DNA of 64,000 bases from Microbotryum violaceum. Taxonomy: Eukaryota. The notes beneath the pieces are model-generated. The model saw only the letters and a program-made list of their open reading frames with translations. It was not told the origin of the DNA and ran no database searches. Shown here in pieces: positions 1-13,167 of this stretch. Each line of letters begins with the position of its first letter. Position 1 is the stretch's first letter. The stretch lies in NCBI GenBank assembly GCA_001244265.2, contig LN717261.1, forward strand, positions 2,681,591 to 2,745,590. The letters are read 5' to 3'. The position numbers were made by a program, and so were the translations under genes.

Positions 1-1719
1 TCGGCTGCGCAGAATACGTTGTTGTAGCCCAGGGGATCGTCGAGGTCGTGTCGGCTGCGGCCTGTGACGTTGAGTGGTGCTTTTTCTTCTTCTTCTTCTT
101 GGACTTGGTCGTGGCTCTATGGCTCGTCGTATTCTGCTTCGAGAAGGATGTGGAAGATCGGACAGACGAAGTCGTCGTTACGGGCCTAGGCGCGACTGCG
201 GACTCCCCATGGAACTGGGGTGTGAATGAGTACTCGCCCTTGCTTTCGTCGATAGTAAAGAACGAGATAGAATCGGAGGGCGATCCAGTCGACGTGTCGA
301 TTCCGAATGCGAACACGACCGTCCCTGAAACGAGTCGGGTTGCTGTGTGCCATGCCCGGCTAGGGGAGGCGAGAGACGAGTGGCGATTGCGGATCAGAGT
401 GGACCAGGTCCATAGAGCGGTATCCGAGTTGAGGTCGCTGGGAGGCGTAAGCAGATGAATATCGTTCAGGACGGCGTGGTCTTCGCGGATTCCACCATGC
501 ACCAGCACGGCTCCGGAAGGGACAGCGATCGCGACATGGCCCATTCGGGGCGAAGGAGGGGTGCCTCTTGCGATCTGCAGTGAGCTTGCGTTGTATCAGC
601 AGGTGTCATGAGTGGTGAACCAGGAGCATGCGGCCTCGAACTGACCCTTTTATTCCATATTTTCAGTCTCGAATCAAAGACAAGAATTTCTGAAAACGGA
701 GCGAGACCTCCGTGAGCAGTCTGGCCGCCCAGAATGGCGACAAAGCGTCCACCCTCAAGCACAGTCGCCGTGTAATCGCTGACGGGTGGTTCAAACGTTT
801 TGGCACTTGTGCCACTCGGCGCTGTCCACGCAAATGACTCGACCTCATTCTGGCCATGGTGATTCTCTGTCGTCGAGTATCGATCGATACCGAGGTAGCC
901 GATCGTCTCGTCGGAGCAAGTATATTGTTCCGCGATGCCGCCAAAGACGTAGATATCATCTGATCGTGCCGTGGCGTTGTAGATCGCCACTGCTTGCGCT
1001 TGACGACGACGAGGCGGCGTATGAGAAACTATCTGCGGTACGGTCCACTCGGCGCCGACCTCGATGGTGTCAGAGAGAGTGAGATTGCTCATGTCCAGCC
1101 GATGGACGGTATGATCGTGCTCGCAGTCCTCTGTGACCCCACCAATGACCCAAACTCTGCCACGATCATCGATTGCAGACGCGACCCACGCAAGTGGATC
1201 AAGGTCTTCCGAAACGCTCGAAACGGCGAGCGGGTTAAGGATTCTGGTCGAGGGGCGACTGTTCCAGACAATCGAGTTGGCAAGGTTGAAAACAAGCACC
1301 TCGTTCGTCACAGTTGTCCCATTCTCGCCTAACTGTCCTCCCACAAAGTAGAGCAAGTTCGTCTCTTGGACGTAGATGGCCGAATGACCGTATCGACCTT
1401 CGACGGCTATCGGATTGGGCGAATGTTCCACAACAGTCGCATTCGAGCTGCTGTTGTGCGCCCCGCCTGGCGGTGTGGCAGGTGCTTTCGGGTGCGGCGA
1501 CAACCGAATGGTACGATTCCCTGCTCGTGCCACCAACAACTGTTGAGGGGCGACGTCGAACGGCTGAGGCCCACGCCGAAGGAGCGAGCCGCGAAGTGCT
1601 TTCAACGGCGAGATGATCGCGGCATTCGTCGAGACGGAGGCCGTGGCCGCGATCAATGTGAGCGCGAACAAGCGATGGCCTCGACGGCGCCGACACGATG
1701 GCGATGTCATGGGAGCCAC
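1..1719 (-). CDS. Secreted/cell-surface Kelch-repeat protein (runs off the window start)
   Basis: N-terminal hydrophobic signal (LFALTLIAATASV) and Kelch motifs (GRYGHSAIY..YFVGG, VWVIGG, IYVFGG, ILGG). A GT-AG intron at 575-645 restores the frame into IARGTPPSPRMGHVAIAVPSGAVLVHGG. Confidence 0.85.
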
Positions 1720-3986
1720 GGTATGTTAGTTTGTGTTGATACACGCGAAGCCACTTGATCTGTGGTTGTGGCGGAGTGCGTTGAGGGCGAGGAGGTGCTG
1801 GGGGCGGGCGCGCTTCGCGCACTCCGAAAGCGATCATCGTCACTCAACACTTCGGTTTCCTGGGCACGCGTACTCGCCGCTTGGCCGCCCCCCTTTATAA
1901 GAAAGAAGCCAAGGCGTGACCCTCGAGCTCCCTCGAGCCTGCGCTAGATTATAGGGGACATGGCCTCCCATCTTCGAGTTGAGATGCACAGCCACCCTAT
2001 GGCGTCGGTACGGTAGAAAGGCATGCCTAAGGTGGCTCGATCGATTCCACTTCGTTCCGCCGCTCCACCCCTTCTGCTCTATATATCACACCCCTCAGAC
2101 GGACGAGAGGGACGGCAGACGTCGAGGCAGCTTTCAAAGCGTCAGGCAAGCCCGGCTCCTCGTACGCAAATACGCAAAAGGAGCTGATCGTGAGAGAACC
2201 GAAAGACTAGTTATTAGTAACAGACTTGCCGTTGACTCCGAAACCTACTGCCAAGACAGCTCGCCGCCGTCGTGTGGAATTTGACTTCTCCTAGCTGGAA
2301 GACTTGCACCTTCACAAGACTTCAACGAGGTCACCCGTCCAATTTTATATTGAGTCACTGCTAGTGGATTGTGATAAAAACACCAATTCCGAACCCAATC
2401 TTGCCTAGCGATGCGGCTTGCACGCTAAGCGCCGAATGGTGTCTGCGCCGGGATTTAAAATGCGGATTTCGCTGCTCCACCCGGGGAGGCTTTGTTGCCT
2501 TAATTCGCGCTGTTCAACGGCGTACTGATGACCGGCCATATCTTGTCCTGCGAGAGGACTGCCTCGTAGCCTGTGCGTTCTTTGGTGCCGACTCATGTGG
2601 GGCCTTGCACGCGCTAGGTCCGAGTCGCCGCTGGTCTCCACGATCTAAGTTCCCGCTCCGGAAAAGTCTGGCTTACAGTGTTACGATGCGCAACTACTTA
2701 TAAAGGTACATAGGTTTCAAAATTATTGGGTGTCAATGCATGCGCTAAAGGTGTAGATGATCGCGAGCGGGCCAACGTTCTGGCAGAAGGGCCACTCGTT
2801 CATCCACTCGAAATAGTCAATGCCGGAGATCCGGGATCCACTTCCCGTGCGCCAGTGCTCGAGTCCCCGGCCGGTCTAAGATGTACTTTGGCACTTGCCC
2901 GTTTCCAACACGTGTTTGTGTCCGTCCAGTAAGCACACTTCATGTCCTTACCTTACACATTCGAGTGATCTCCACCTAGACGGCACGACAAGCCCTCTTC
3001 GTCGGCCTCGAAAGCAGCGGACTCTGTGCCCCGCTGAGTGCCCAATGACATTTTGCAAGCGCATTCGCCAACCGGGACAGCATCACCGAAAATCAATGAA
3101 CGCATTGCCTACACCTCATTAACTGCAAATAAGTTCGGGTGTGCTTACAAATGCTGCTATCAAAGCTGCTTGCCTTGCACGGGATCTCAAGATAGGGGCT
3201 GAATGTGATCTAGCGATTGTGCCGGCACTATGTCCCCGTGCTTACGCGTATGAACGCTTCATCCAGGAGACGTTGTCTCGAGCACGGTGCAATATGAACG
3301 ATTTTTGTCCGAGGTGTTTCGAGCGGGTTGCTACTACTATGAAAAGCTAGACGAGCCCGCACACGGTTCCGCGGCAGGGCTGACATGCCAAAACGCGCGC
3401 TCGCTGTGCATCTGACCACTTCGGCTTCCGACTTTTGGGTTATCACTTCCGATAGCGAGCCAGATTCGCTCCTCATTGGCACTCGTTTTTTTTTAACTCG
3501 TTCATGCGTCAGCGTAGTCAGTCGTGGGGTCTCGCGGTCATGCAACATATCCCGTTCATTGGTTGGCAATCTCGAGTCGATCACCGCGACCATGCGCGCA
3601 ATGGCAAAGCCTTTTGCAGCTTCTGAAAATCAGCAGACACCTTAACATCACCATGAACCATATCATACTCTCAAATTTAACCATGAACAAAACTCACTGA
3701 GGCTACTCTCACTATTCCAGTCGGTATTCGTCTCGGCACTTCTCGAAGGACCATTTTCGATGTGGGGCACACTGGTGGGAAGTGGGACACCACTTACCTA
3801 CTACGTCGGCACCTCCACACCGAAGCTGGCATCCACGTCTCGCTTGGAGGACCTGGCTGCGTGTTAATTGAGCAGGATCAACTTCTGTGACACCTAGCGC
3901 TCTTTGCCGAAGTAAATTTAGCGCGTCCGAGCTCGGCAGCGTCGGAGGTTTTTCTGATTTTCGACCAAGCATGACTCGCAGGTTTC

Positions 3987-4362
<376 letters not shown>

Positions 4363-5369
4363 GTTTGGGACGGCAAGCTCTTTTGTCTTCCTCGGAGTCG
4401 ATCTGGCAGAATCGCCAGACTTTACAAGACAAAGAGCCTGAGGGAGGAAGCAGACACAAAATCTAACGGTTAGTAGTATACACTAATAAGTGTGCGTGAC
4501 ATCTCGTATGCAGTGCACCTCTCATTTGCGCCAGCTTCCAACAAGGCTGCAGTTGGCGCCCTCAATGGCTAAGGAAGGGGGCGCAAGCCCAAGCAGTTGA
4601 GCGCATACGGCGAAAGTCCACTGTCAACGAGCAGTCGCGTTAGGACGGGGACACTACTAGGTCGACAATCGGTAGCCAGGGGTTCGTTTCTGTCGAACCA
4701 TCGGAGGAAATCGGGCCCGCTTCCACACTAGTAGTAGCGTAACTGTTCTAATAGGTGTGTGACATGTGTCCGAGACGCCCGCTGAAGGCTTTGGCGAATC
4801 CGAACCTCTAAAAAGGGACGCGAGAACTTCGGGGAATCGCTGGCCCCAGTCCCGGTGCAAGAGGCATGCGCTGGGCCCGTTTTTAGTTTTGGATCTTCTC
4901 TTTATTAAATGACGTCGGAGTGGTTTTGAGTCTTGTAGAGCAGATCAGCGCCTCTTTTGTCTTAAGTGGTACCAAGCACCAGTTCCCCACCTCAAAAGCG
5001 ACGAGACTGGGAGCTACCCGCGCACGGCGACATCGAACAGACGCTCACGCGCGCCTGGCGCCCGTCCTCGTGACCTCGATCGAGCTCGGACTGCCGGTTG
5101 GCAACCCCGCAATCTATGGAGCGAAGCTCTTCGCCCGGATTCGCTTCAGGGTTCCAACATTCAGGCCTCATCCTGTCCCTACTAATTTACCTGTCCACCT
5201 ACGGCACACTTCCTTTCTTCTTCTTTATCATTAATCACTCGCAACACCTCTCTAGTCGTTGCTCCTCAGTGATTTTCATTGTGACTGTTCGTACCGCTTG
5301 CGTGCCGAACTTTATTTCGCTGTGCTTCGTTCCGCCTCATCGAACCAGCCTATCAGCTATCGCCGAGCA

Positions 5370-7116
5370 ATGTCTGCCTCTACGACCGACCACCCCCTCG
5401 CCAACGAGACCACAAGGGTAGACGACCACAGCAACCAGCACTTTGACCTTGAGAAGGGTAACGGTGGCGTAGGAGGTGCAGCACTCGGTCGTCAATTCTC
5501 GGTAAGTCGCGATTGCTCCATTCTTTCCAACTTCAGGACCCCCTGCCATGTGGGGCAACTCGGCCCCGAGCGCCTCCTCACCACATTGTCCCGGAGGGGC
5601 GTCACCGTTGCCTGCACGCGCCCGCCTTGAGACACGGCTTGCAAAAATGACAAAGCCGGTGTTTTCAGAGTAGTGACAGCTAGCTTACATTCCGCATGAC
5701 CCCGCCCCTCCCTCGATGTCACCTGGCTGCGCACGTCGCCTCGTCCATCGACACACATACTCCTGCCCGTTCATCATAGATTCAACTCACCGCCGAGCAA
5801 TTCGAGAGGCTTTACCTTCAACCCGGAGGTGTCGCCGCCAAGGGAGACCTTGCCAAGTACGTCACGAACGATGTGGGAAAGAGCCACTTTTGCTTCAAAA
5901 AGTCTGGCAGCTGACCTAAGCTCTCTCACCCCTTAGACGATTTGCGAACCCCACTCCTCTTGGTGTCGCATCGTTCCTCTTGTGCCTGACTCCTTTTTCC
6001 ACTGAGTTGATGGGATGGAGTGGCCCGACCACCGACAGTGCAGTCGTTGCTGGTACGTACGATCGCGCCGCGCTCCTCCTGGCGAAAAAGCCCTGAGCCT
6101 GACCAGTTTCTTTGCACCATCTGCCTTAACAGTCGGCGCCTTCTACTATGTCGGTACGTGAATGCGGTCGTTTCTTTCTACTGCTTAGTACTTGTTGCTT
6201 ATCCAGCGTTTGGACTCCATAGGTGGTGTGGTCCTCTACCTTTCCGGCCTTCTCGAATGGATCATCGGAAAGTAAGTCAGCGCCAGCGCACGCGCGCTTT
6301 ATCGACGATGGTCCACTGACCTTTTGCTGCTCCCGCAAACAGCACCTTCCCCGCCACGGTTTTCATGACCTTTGGTGGATACTGGCTCGCTTTCGCTTTC
6401 CTCTTCCAGGTAAGTCGCCGCGCCTCCTACCATCGAGGCCGCATCTAGTTTGAACTGATCTGGGCATCTGGCTGGCGTCTCCTGTTGCTTAGCCCTCGCA
6501 AGGCATCGCTGCTGCTCTCGGAGGCTCACCACGGCCGTCTACAACAAAGGCACAGCGTTGTATCTGGTTTGGTGGGGAGTGTTGGTTCTGAGTGAGCTCA
6601 AATGTCATTCGTACGCTCCGCATATACCCAATTCTGACGAGGACTGCTTCTGTACGCAGTCTACTTGATCGCCAGTCTGCGCACCAACGTCGTCTTTGCT
6701 CTCCTGTTTACGTTCCTCGACATTACGTTCTGGATCTTGGTGGCTGTCTGTGAGTTTTTGGTTTTCAAGGATGTGAAAATACTCGCAGAGACCTTGTGTG
6801 GGCATCAGTACTCACCAACTTGCTTCACGCGGGATATGCAGATGTCCAACTCGGCTACGGCCATGTGACCCACGTGCCGATGGAGCTCAAGACGGCGGGA
6901 GCCTTTGCATTCCTAACAAGTGCATGCGGGTCAGTAACTGAACCAGACATTCTTCAGTATTCCTCTCGCTATAAGCTGACCTTTCAAACCCTTTGTCTGT
7001 GTGCGAACAGATGGTACCTCCTCGTGGTCCTGATCTTCGGCTCCACTGGTATCCCCATCGCCTTACCCGTCGGAGATCTCTCGAACTTCATGTCCGGTCG
7101 CCGCAAGGCGAAGTAG
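5370..7116 (+). CDS. GPR1/FUN34/YaaH-family acetate/ammonia transporter, multi-exon, with an apparent 1-nt frameshift near 6525
   Basis: Exons spliced by eye give FANPTPLG, GNTFPATVFMTFGGYW, ASLRTNVVFALLF and LPVGDLS, which are family signature segments. Many GT-AG introns, the first at 5502-5779. Confidence 0.85.
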
Positions 7117-7152
7117 ACTTGGATCTTCTACTCGACTGTCTCAGTCCCGTGC

Positions 7153-7412
7153 TGTTCGGTGTGAGGTGTTAGTTGGTGTGTTGGGAATGAGGGTTAGGAA
7201 TGGCGCGTTCATTGGTAATCTGTTTAGAAGCGCTCGTCTGTTTAGTGAAGCCTGGCGAAGCGTACCAACCGTTGTCTTCTTTCTCTCCACGGTTGGAATT
7301 CACGCTCGTCAGGTACGCATGTTTAGCTTCACAGCCACTTTCGTTGCAATTAACTGACGGTTGGATTACACGCTCGTCAGTCTCTTATTTTGTAGCGTCT
7401 GTATTGCCGCAA
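7153..7412 (+). mobile_element. Probable 5' LTR of the truncated Copia-like element (boundaries approximate)
   Basis: Lies directly upstream of a gag ORF. Has a CT-rich tract followed by 24-bp direct repeats (7289-7312, 7357-7380), as in other LTRs of this window. Confidence 0.55.
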
Positions 7413-7454
7413 GGCACAGATCCGCACGCAGAAAAGACGCAGCGCATATCCAAG

Positions 7455-8770
7455 ATGGCTACGACCACGGTGGATTCCGGGTCTGCCACTCATCGCGGCC
7501 TTATGGGCGACCTGTATGGCAATGTCGACGCCACAAACTGGGGAACGGCCAAGGATCGACTCCAACGGGTGTTGGAGGGCGATGGCCGGTTCAAGCATGT
7601 CACGACCGAACTCAGCGTTGGCCCCGAGCCCGAACAGTGCGAGTTCACCCGTTCGCTGGGTGGCTCCACTGTGGCCGACGTAGTCACGTTCCGTACACAA
7701 CATCGGAATTACCGTCATGACGTCGACGACCTCGATCAAGGCTTGGCGCAGGCCCGCAACATCTTGTTCGTGTGCCTGGGGAGGCCACGTTCGCACGCAT
7801 CGCAGACCAGCCAACGCACGAGCTGTGGGCGGCCCTCGATAAGGATCTCGGCGCCGCATCCCACGACTTCGCGCGGTCGGTGAAACTCGATGCTCTTTTC
7901 CAATACCAACCCTACGTCGATGGAGGCCCTCTCGACCCTTGGTTGTCGCGCTTCAACCGGCTGTTCATCGATCTCAACGCCGCGCATGTTTCCCGTGATA
8001 AGGCCTACCAGCGCGCCAAGATTGACGGGGTCAAGTACACGCAAGCTGAGTTTGATAAGTGGGTTCCGCCGCCTGCGTTGTCGGAAGGCATCCGCATGGA
8101 CCTCTTGAAGGCGAGGATGCCACGGCCTATTGTCACGGTTATCGACGCCCTCGGCCCTATCCCGTCGCTCAGTGATGTGGAGGGCGCGATTCGTCGCGCG
8201 GCGATGTCTCGCTCTTCCGGCACCGACGTCGCCGAAGCCCTCGCGGCGAAGACTCAGGGTCGTCGCAGGCGCCCCGCTCGTTCGTCAGGCAAACCGAAGT
8301 CCAGTTTTCTCTCGGCTTCGAAGGTACGGGGTCTCGTGGACAAGTGGCCGCACGGGGTTGCGCAGAACGGTCGTCTGAGGCTGGGCCCGTCGCAGTGTCG
8401 GAAATGCTACGAGCAGGGTCGTCTTGGCGACGAATGTACCGTCCCCTCGACCTAACTGTCCCATCGTCGGGTTGCCGTCTTGGCCAAGCACAACATCTCC
8501 ATCGGCGCGGCCGACGCGATGGCGCTCGTGGCTGAGTGCGGTCCCGACCCATCGGTTGACGACGACTCTTACGAGAACTATTTTGCCGAGGTCGCCCTTG
8601 ACACCGAAATCTCTGCACTGTACTTGCACGACGGTCCCCGCTGCCTCCTCGACTCGGGGCGACGCGCCACATGACCACTCGTCGGGATCTCTTGGTCGAC
8701 TTCCAGCCTTTCACGACGGAGCGGGTGCGCGTAGCCTGCGCGTTCAAGTCCAGCGCCATGGCGGCCACGA
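7455..8770 (+). pseudogene. Ty1/Copia gag-protease fragment, frameshifted and truncated by a TIR transposon
   Basis: gag-like segment ELWAALDKDL, degenerate zinc knuckle CRKCYEQGRLGDEC, and aspartic protease LLDSG(ATRHMT) across a frameshift. Confidence 0.75.
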
Positions 8771-8771
8771 C

Positions 8772-9007
8772 ACATGTAAGGATATATCCTTACACATGAG
8801 TTCAGGTCAATACACTACCAAATCTGTTCATCTTAATATTGTAACATCAACATATAGCTATTTCTGAATGGTGTCTGCAAGGACTACATGATAGCATGTG
8901 TATTGCAAGACTTGTAGTGACTCAAAATTTCTGTGTCCTTACCGCACCTCCCGTATCCTCACCGCACCCTCGTATCCTTACATGTGTCGACATGTGTAAG
9001 GATACGC
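8772..9007 (+). repeat. Left terminal inverted repeat
   Basis: Reverse complement of 16206-16421 apart from a ~20-bp internal duplication and a few substitutions. Contains the perfect palindrome TGTAAGGATATATCCTTACA at 8775-8794. Confidence 0.9.
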
Positions 9008-10844
9008 CCGCGCGCGCACGTGACATGTGGAACGACAGGAGGCGCACTCAGCTCGAAGCCTTTGTTCACATTTGTTCACCTAATTGTCCCCACACCGCCC
9101 ATCGACGTCAACACCGTGGCACTGTTTCACTTTTGCGAACCAGCCAATTGCGACCTCCAGCTTTGTGCCAGCAGGCACGGACTCAAATCTTTCATCAATG
9201 AGATTGCGGAACCGCCAACTTCCCGACCGTGACGCCGGGCCCTGGACTCGGGCTCGTTCTGGAGCTGGAGACCGGCCCCAATGGCGGACTCCCAAGTCGA
9301 GATTCAAAGTCCCAAGTATCAAACGCCAATCAACGGTAGTAACCAATCGTCGAATCAGGAAAGGAAACGGCCAGTCGGTCCCCGAGTCGGCAAACTCAGC
9401 GCATCCTCAGGACGATTCTGGCGACCTTCAAGCTGAAGCATTGACCTGCACGGTGTCCGCACCGCGGCTATCGAAATCCCCGACTAGAACAGGAGAATTT
9501 CCTATCACCGATCGTACAAGCGACTTGCCTAATCGCATCAAGTCCGCAGAGGACTGCGAGGAGAACTGTGACAATTATGTGGACAATAAGCACAACGATC
9601 ATCAGGACGACCGTGACAATGACTCATCTTGTTCCACTCGGCCCGCCCACGACACTCCCTTCCACCACACTATCAAGCAAGGGAAGTCAACGATGCCTCT
9701 CCTGTGCTCCCAGAACAGCGATCCCGGTTGGCCGTCGCTGCGCAGTCAAAGCAGTGTTGAGAGTGTGAATTCCCCTTCTACCCTCCAAGTCGGCTCGCTT
9801 TCACCAGCCTTAGCTCCGAACCTCTCCCGTCTAAGCGTTTCACAACCCAAGGCTATTCCAAAGGACAGCTCTATTCTTCCCAAGCATCAACATACGACTC
9901 TTAAGCTTGAAGGTACGCCACATGTGTTGTCTAGATGGTAGGCCATCGGTAACGAGGCAAGGCGCGCGCCCGGAGGCTCGATTGATTTTAAGGCAGTGGA
10001 TTAGACTTAGTGTCTGAATGGATTAGAGTCTTGCGCGTGGGCCAATGCCTTCGCAAAGCAGACTCCCTTGTTTATCTTTTCTTTAATCACTCGTTCCTCG
10101 ACTATCGGTTCTGACACTGCGCTGCGTATCATCCTACCGCTGCCACCTCTATAGATGGTGCACTTTTACATCAACATGCGCTCTCCCAGCCTGCTTAACA
10201 AACGGCTTCACTGAAAATTGATATTGTCCGCTTGCCTTTCTTAGTGTTGATGGTCAACTCTGATGTTTCCTTGAAACCTCTCTTGGCGACTAACGTGCCG
10301 ATGATGTTTACGCTGTTGATGTCCATCAACTTCACGGAGACAGGACATTGTTTCGTCTATCTACGAGATATTTTGGAAGAGGTTGCTGAGCTAACTGGCC
10401 TGGCTCTCCAAGGTATGCAAGACAAGATTAGATTGGTTCCCAAGCAATGTTGACAGGCCACTCAGCCAGTCACTAACCGTTTAATTCGGCGACTTATCTG
10501 TGCCTTTGTACAGAGGACTCCTGTTTCGATTACTGGGTGGTCGACGACGCGGCTACGTTATCTACTCACTCGACTCCATGTCTTGCCTCCTGCCGGTACG
10601 ACCAACTCGCAGCATTTACTGCTGCGACCGACTCTTCGGACAAGGTTCTCGGGTTGACCGGCTTCGTACTCGACATCGACTCGTTGCCAGCAGAAGCAAC
10701 CATTACCTTGAGAGTGCGTATAGCTTCATGAGTTGACGGATTCTACGTCGTTGAGCTTTAGTCGCTGAGCTGACTCTTGATTGCAAATGTCACAGGTCTA
10801 CGAGCACATCAAGGCTCGACTCCCATTCGTAAATATCACTACAA

Positions 10845-11116
10845 TGTCAAAAGGGTATTACTGTTTCCTCCCACTTAGAATAGATTAGTATCTAGTTGTT
10901 GATATTAGCCGCGCGCCTCTAGCCTCCCTAGTGCGCGCGCACTTGGCTCTTCTCTCTCTTCTCCAACTATCTTTACTACCATCTTCGGCTCTCGTGCTTA
11001 CGTACCTCGTGCCTCGGGCCTCAGGTTAGTCTTGCAATATACCGGAACTATCTTTACTACCATCTTCGGCTCTCGTGCTTACGTACCTCGTGCCTCGGGC
11101 CTCAGATGTGCTAAAA
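10845..11116 (+). mobile_element. Solo LTR of Copia family A, long 272-bp form
   Basis: Matches the LTRs at 28366 and 33040 plus 81 extra bp. Perfect TSD TACAA at 10840-10844 and 11117-11121. Confidence 0.95.
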
Positions 11117-11183
11117 TACAAGACCTCAAGGCCGGGTAGATGCCCCTGTCTCAAGTGGCGCACCTTCTGCTTCCAAGCACGAC

Positions 11184-13167
11184 TTGCTTGTCAGGGAAAA
11201 GCGTGAAGCATCTCCAAGCGACAGGATCTCCGGCAATCTACGTCCGAACACCGAACCAGATTCAACGGATGACAAGCTCGTCAACAGTGAAGATCATGCG
11301 AATTTACCAACATATAGTGAAGGAAGGACAACGATGACAGACCTGATGCTCGAAGCATACCCACAAGAGATTGTTCTTGATCCTTGGCGGCCCAACGGGA
11401 CTTGGGGCGACGTCCTCATTGTTCGTGTGGATCCAGGCTCGAGCGGTGGCTTGTCACACATGTGGGCTTTCTCGGTGTCATCATCTCGAACCGATTTAAA
11501 AGGGCGATGGAAAGGCCCGCGTTTGGATGCAAACGTCGAGTACAGCAAGTACAGCAAAAGACGTTGCATGGGCGTGTTCGTCTGTTGTGATCAATCATGC
11601 CCTGGCAAGCGTCAACCTCACACATCGCTGTCGACAGCGAGTAGGTCGAAGTTGTTTCAGGAGGAGACTCCACAGCTCGTCACAGGACGCCCCAAGAAGG
11701 CTGTAACCCGCAAGCACCTCGCTCCAAACGTTGAGAGGCCTTCAGACGAGTTACCGCCGTGTCCAATCACAAGCTGTAACGCACCGATGAGGCACATCCT
11801 GTGCTCCGCTACGATTGCCCGAGGGCAGCGTGAGGAATGCCCGGGGGAAATATATATCTGGAATTCAGGGTACCATTTGCATCCTCCGCCTCCGGTGTCG
11901 CGTCCGTCCCCGCAACATCTGGAAGAGCTGCGACAATTACGTAAAGCCGGTCCACAAGCATCGGCCGCCGAGCTGCGCATGGGACAAATGACCGCATTTC
12001 CGCAGGACCCTCGTCATCGGCCGTCCGCCTCTGAGATTTGCCCCGTATTCGACAGCACTCGATCAATCTCGAGATACGCACCAAGAGTGGGCCACAGGAA
12101 GCGTAATGGAGCCCTACCCGACACGTTGATGTCAGCTATTGAAGCTGTTGCCAATGCCGGTTGCCTCGCGTACATCGAAATACCGGGACAGCGCCAAGGG
12201 CAGCCACTTGCCGAGCAAATACACGATCCCGACCCTCGGAAGCAACCCAGGAACGATGGGTCGCGGTCGAAGTCGAAGATCACCTCCAATTCGCTAACCG
12301 ACTCTGAGACGTCATTTGGCATCCAGACTCCTCAGATGAAAGCGAGGCTCTCGGAAACGATTGACGACCGGCTAGTCGAAGGCAATTTGGGATGGCCTAC
12401 CAACGCTCACAACACCTACTTTCGCGACAATCGGGTGTTGCTCGCCACGGTCTGCTATTCGCCAAGCGCTCGTCGCTGGTTTCCGATCCTGTACTCCGTC
12501 GGCAACCATGAGCGATCGGGCTTCTACCGCCGACATTTTGCGCACCTATTCCAGATTCTTGACGATGCCAACTATAGCGTGGAGGACATCGTCAACGGAG
12601 TTACATTTGTTGTCGATTATTCAAACGCGCAGATTTCGGGTCTTCGCCAAGCCATTTCGGATTGGTACGTGGCACGCAAGACCGCAGATGTGGGACGCTT
12701 GAACGTCACACCCAATCAGGTGTCACAGTGGACTGCAGAGGCTATTCAGATTGGCGAGAAGGCGGCAAGCGGGTGCGCCTCTCACTTCATTGAGCAGGTC
12801 AGGAGGTTCGGGGTCCGACATCTCAGTACGCAAACGGAGCGCGAACGATTTGCAATGCTGGTCAACACCATGCGCAACGCGAAGTCCCATGCATCGATTG
12901 AGTCCATGGCAAAGCGCACAATCGATGAGTTTCCTGTGTCAGAGAATTGGATCAAATGGTGGACATGACCAGCGATTCGAAATGTGGTATTCAAGGAACT
13001 CAATGGATCCGCAGAAAGATGCGTGGCTACCACAACAAATGCGGTGGTATCTTCCCACTGGCTCCCAATCCATTCATGTGGTGGTGAACGCTTTGGACCG
13101 GTGGAAGGGGTGATGCGACTTATCGACTTCGCGAAAATGATAGACCGAATTGAAAGTCATGCGACCG
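11184..13167 (+). pseudogene. MULE-type DDE transposase with N-terminal GCM/WRKY-like zinc finger, degenerate
   Basis: Zinc finger: CMGVFVCC..C..PCPITSC..C..GYHLHPPP. Transposase motifs: TNAH (expected D, 12402), VVDYS (12615), CASH (CxxH) and TTNAVVSSH (expected E, 13047). In-frame TGA at 12966. Confidence 0.65.

Noticed and set aside
2700-3972. Possible degenerate multi-exon gene on the minus strand with Cys/His clusters
   Set aside because: Many stops and no recognisable family motif; I could not build a gene model.
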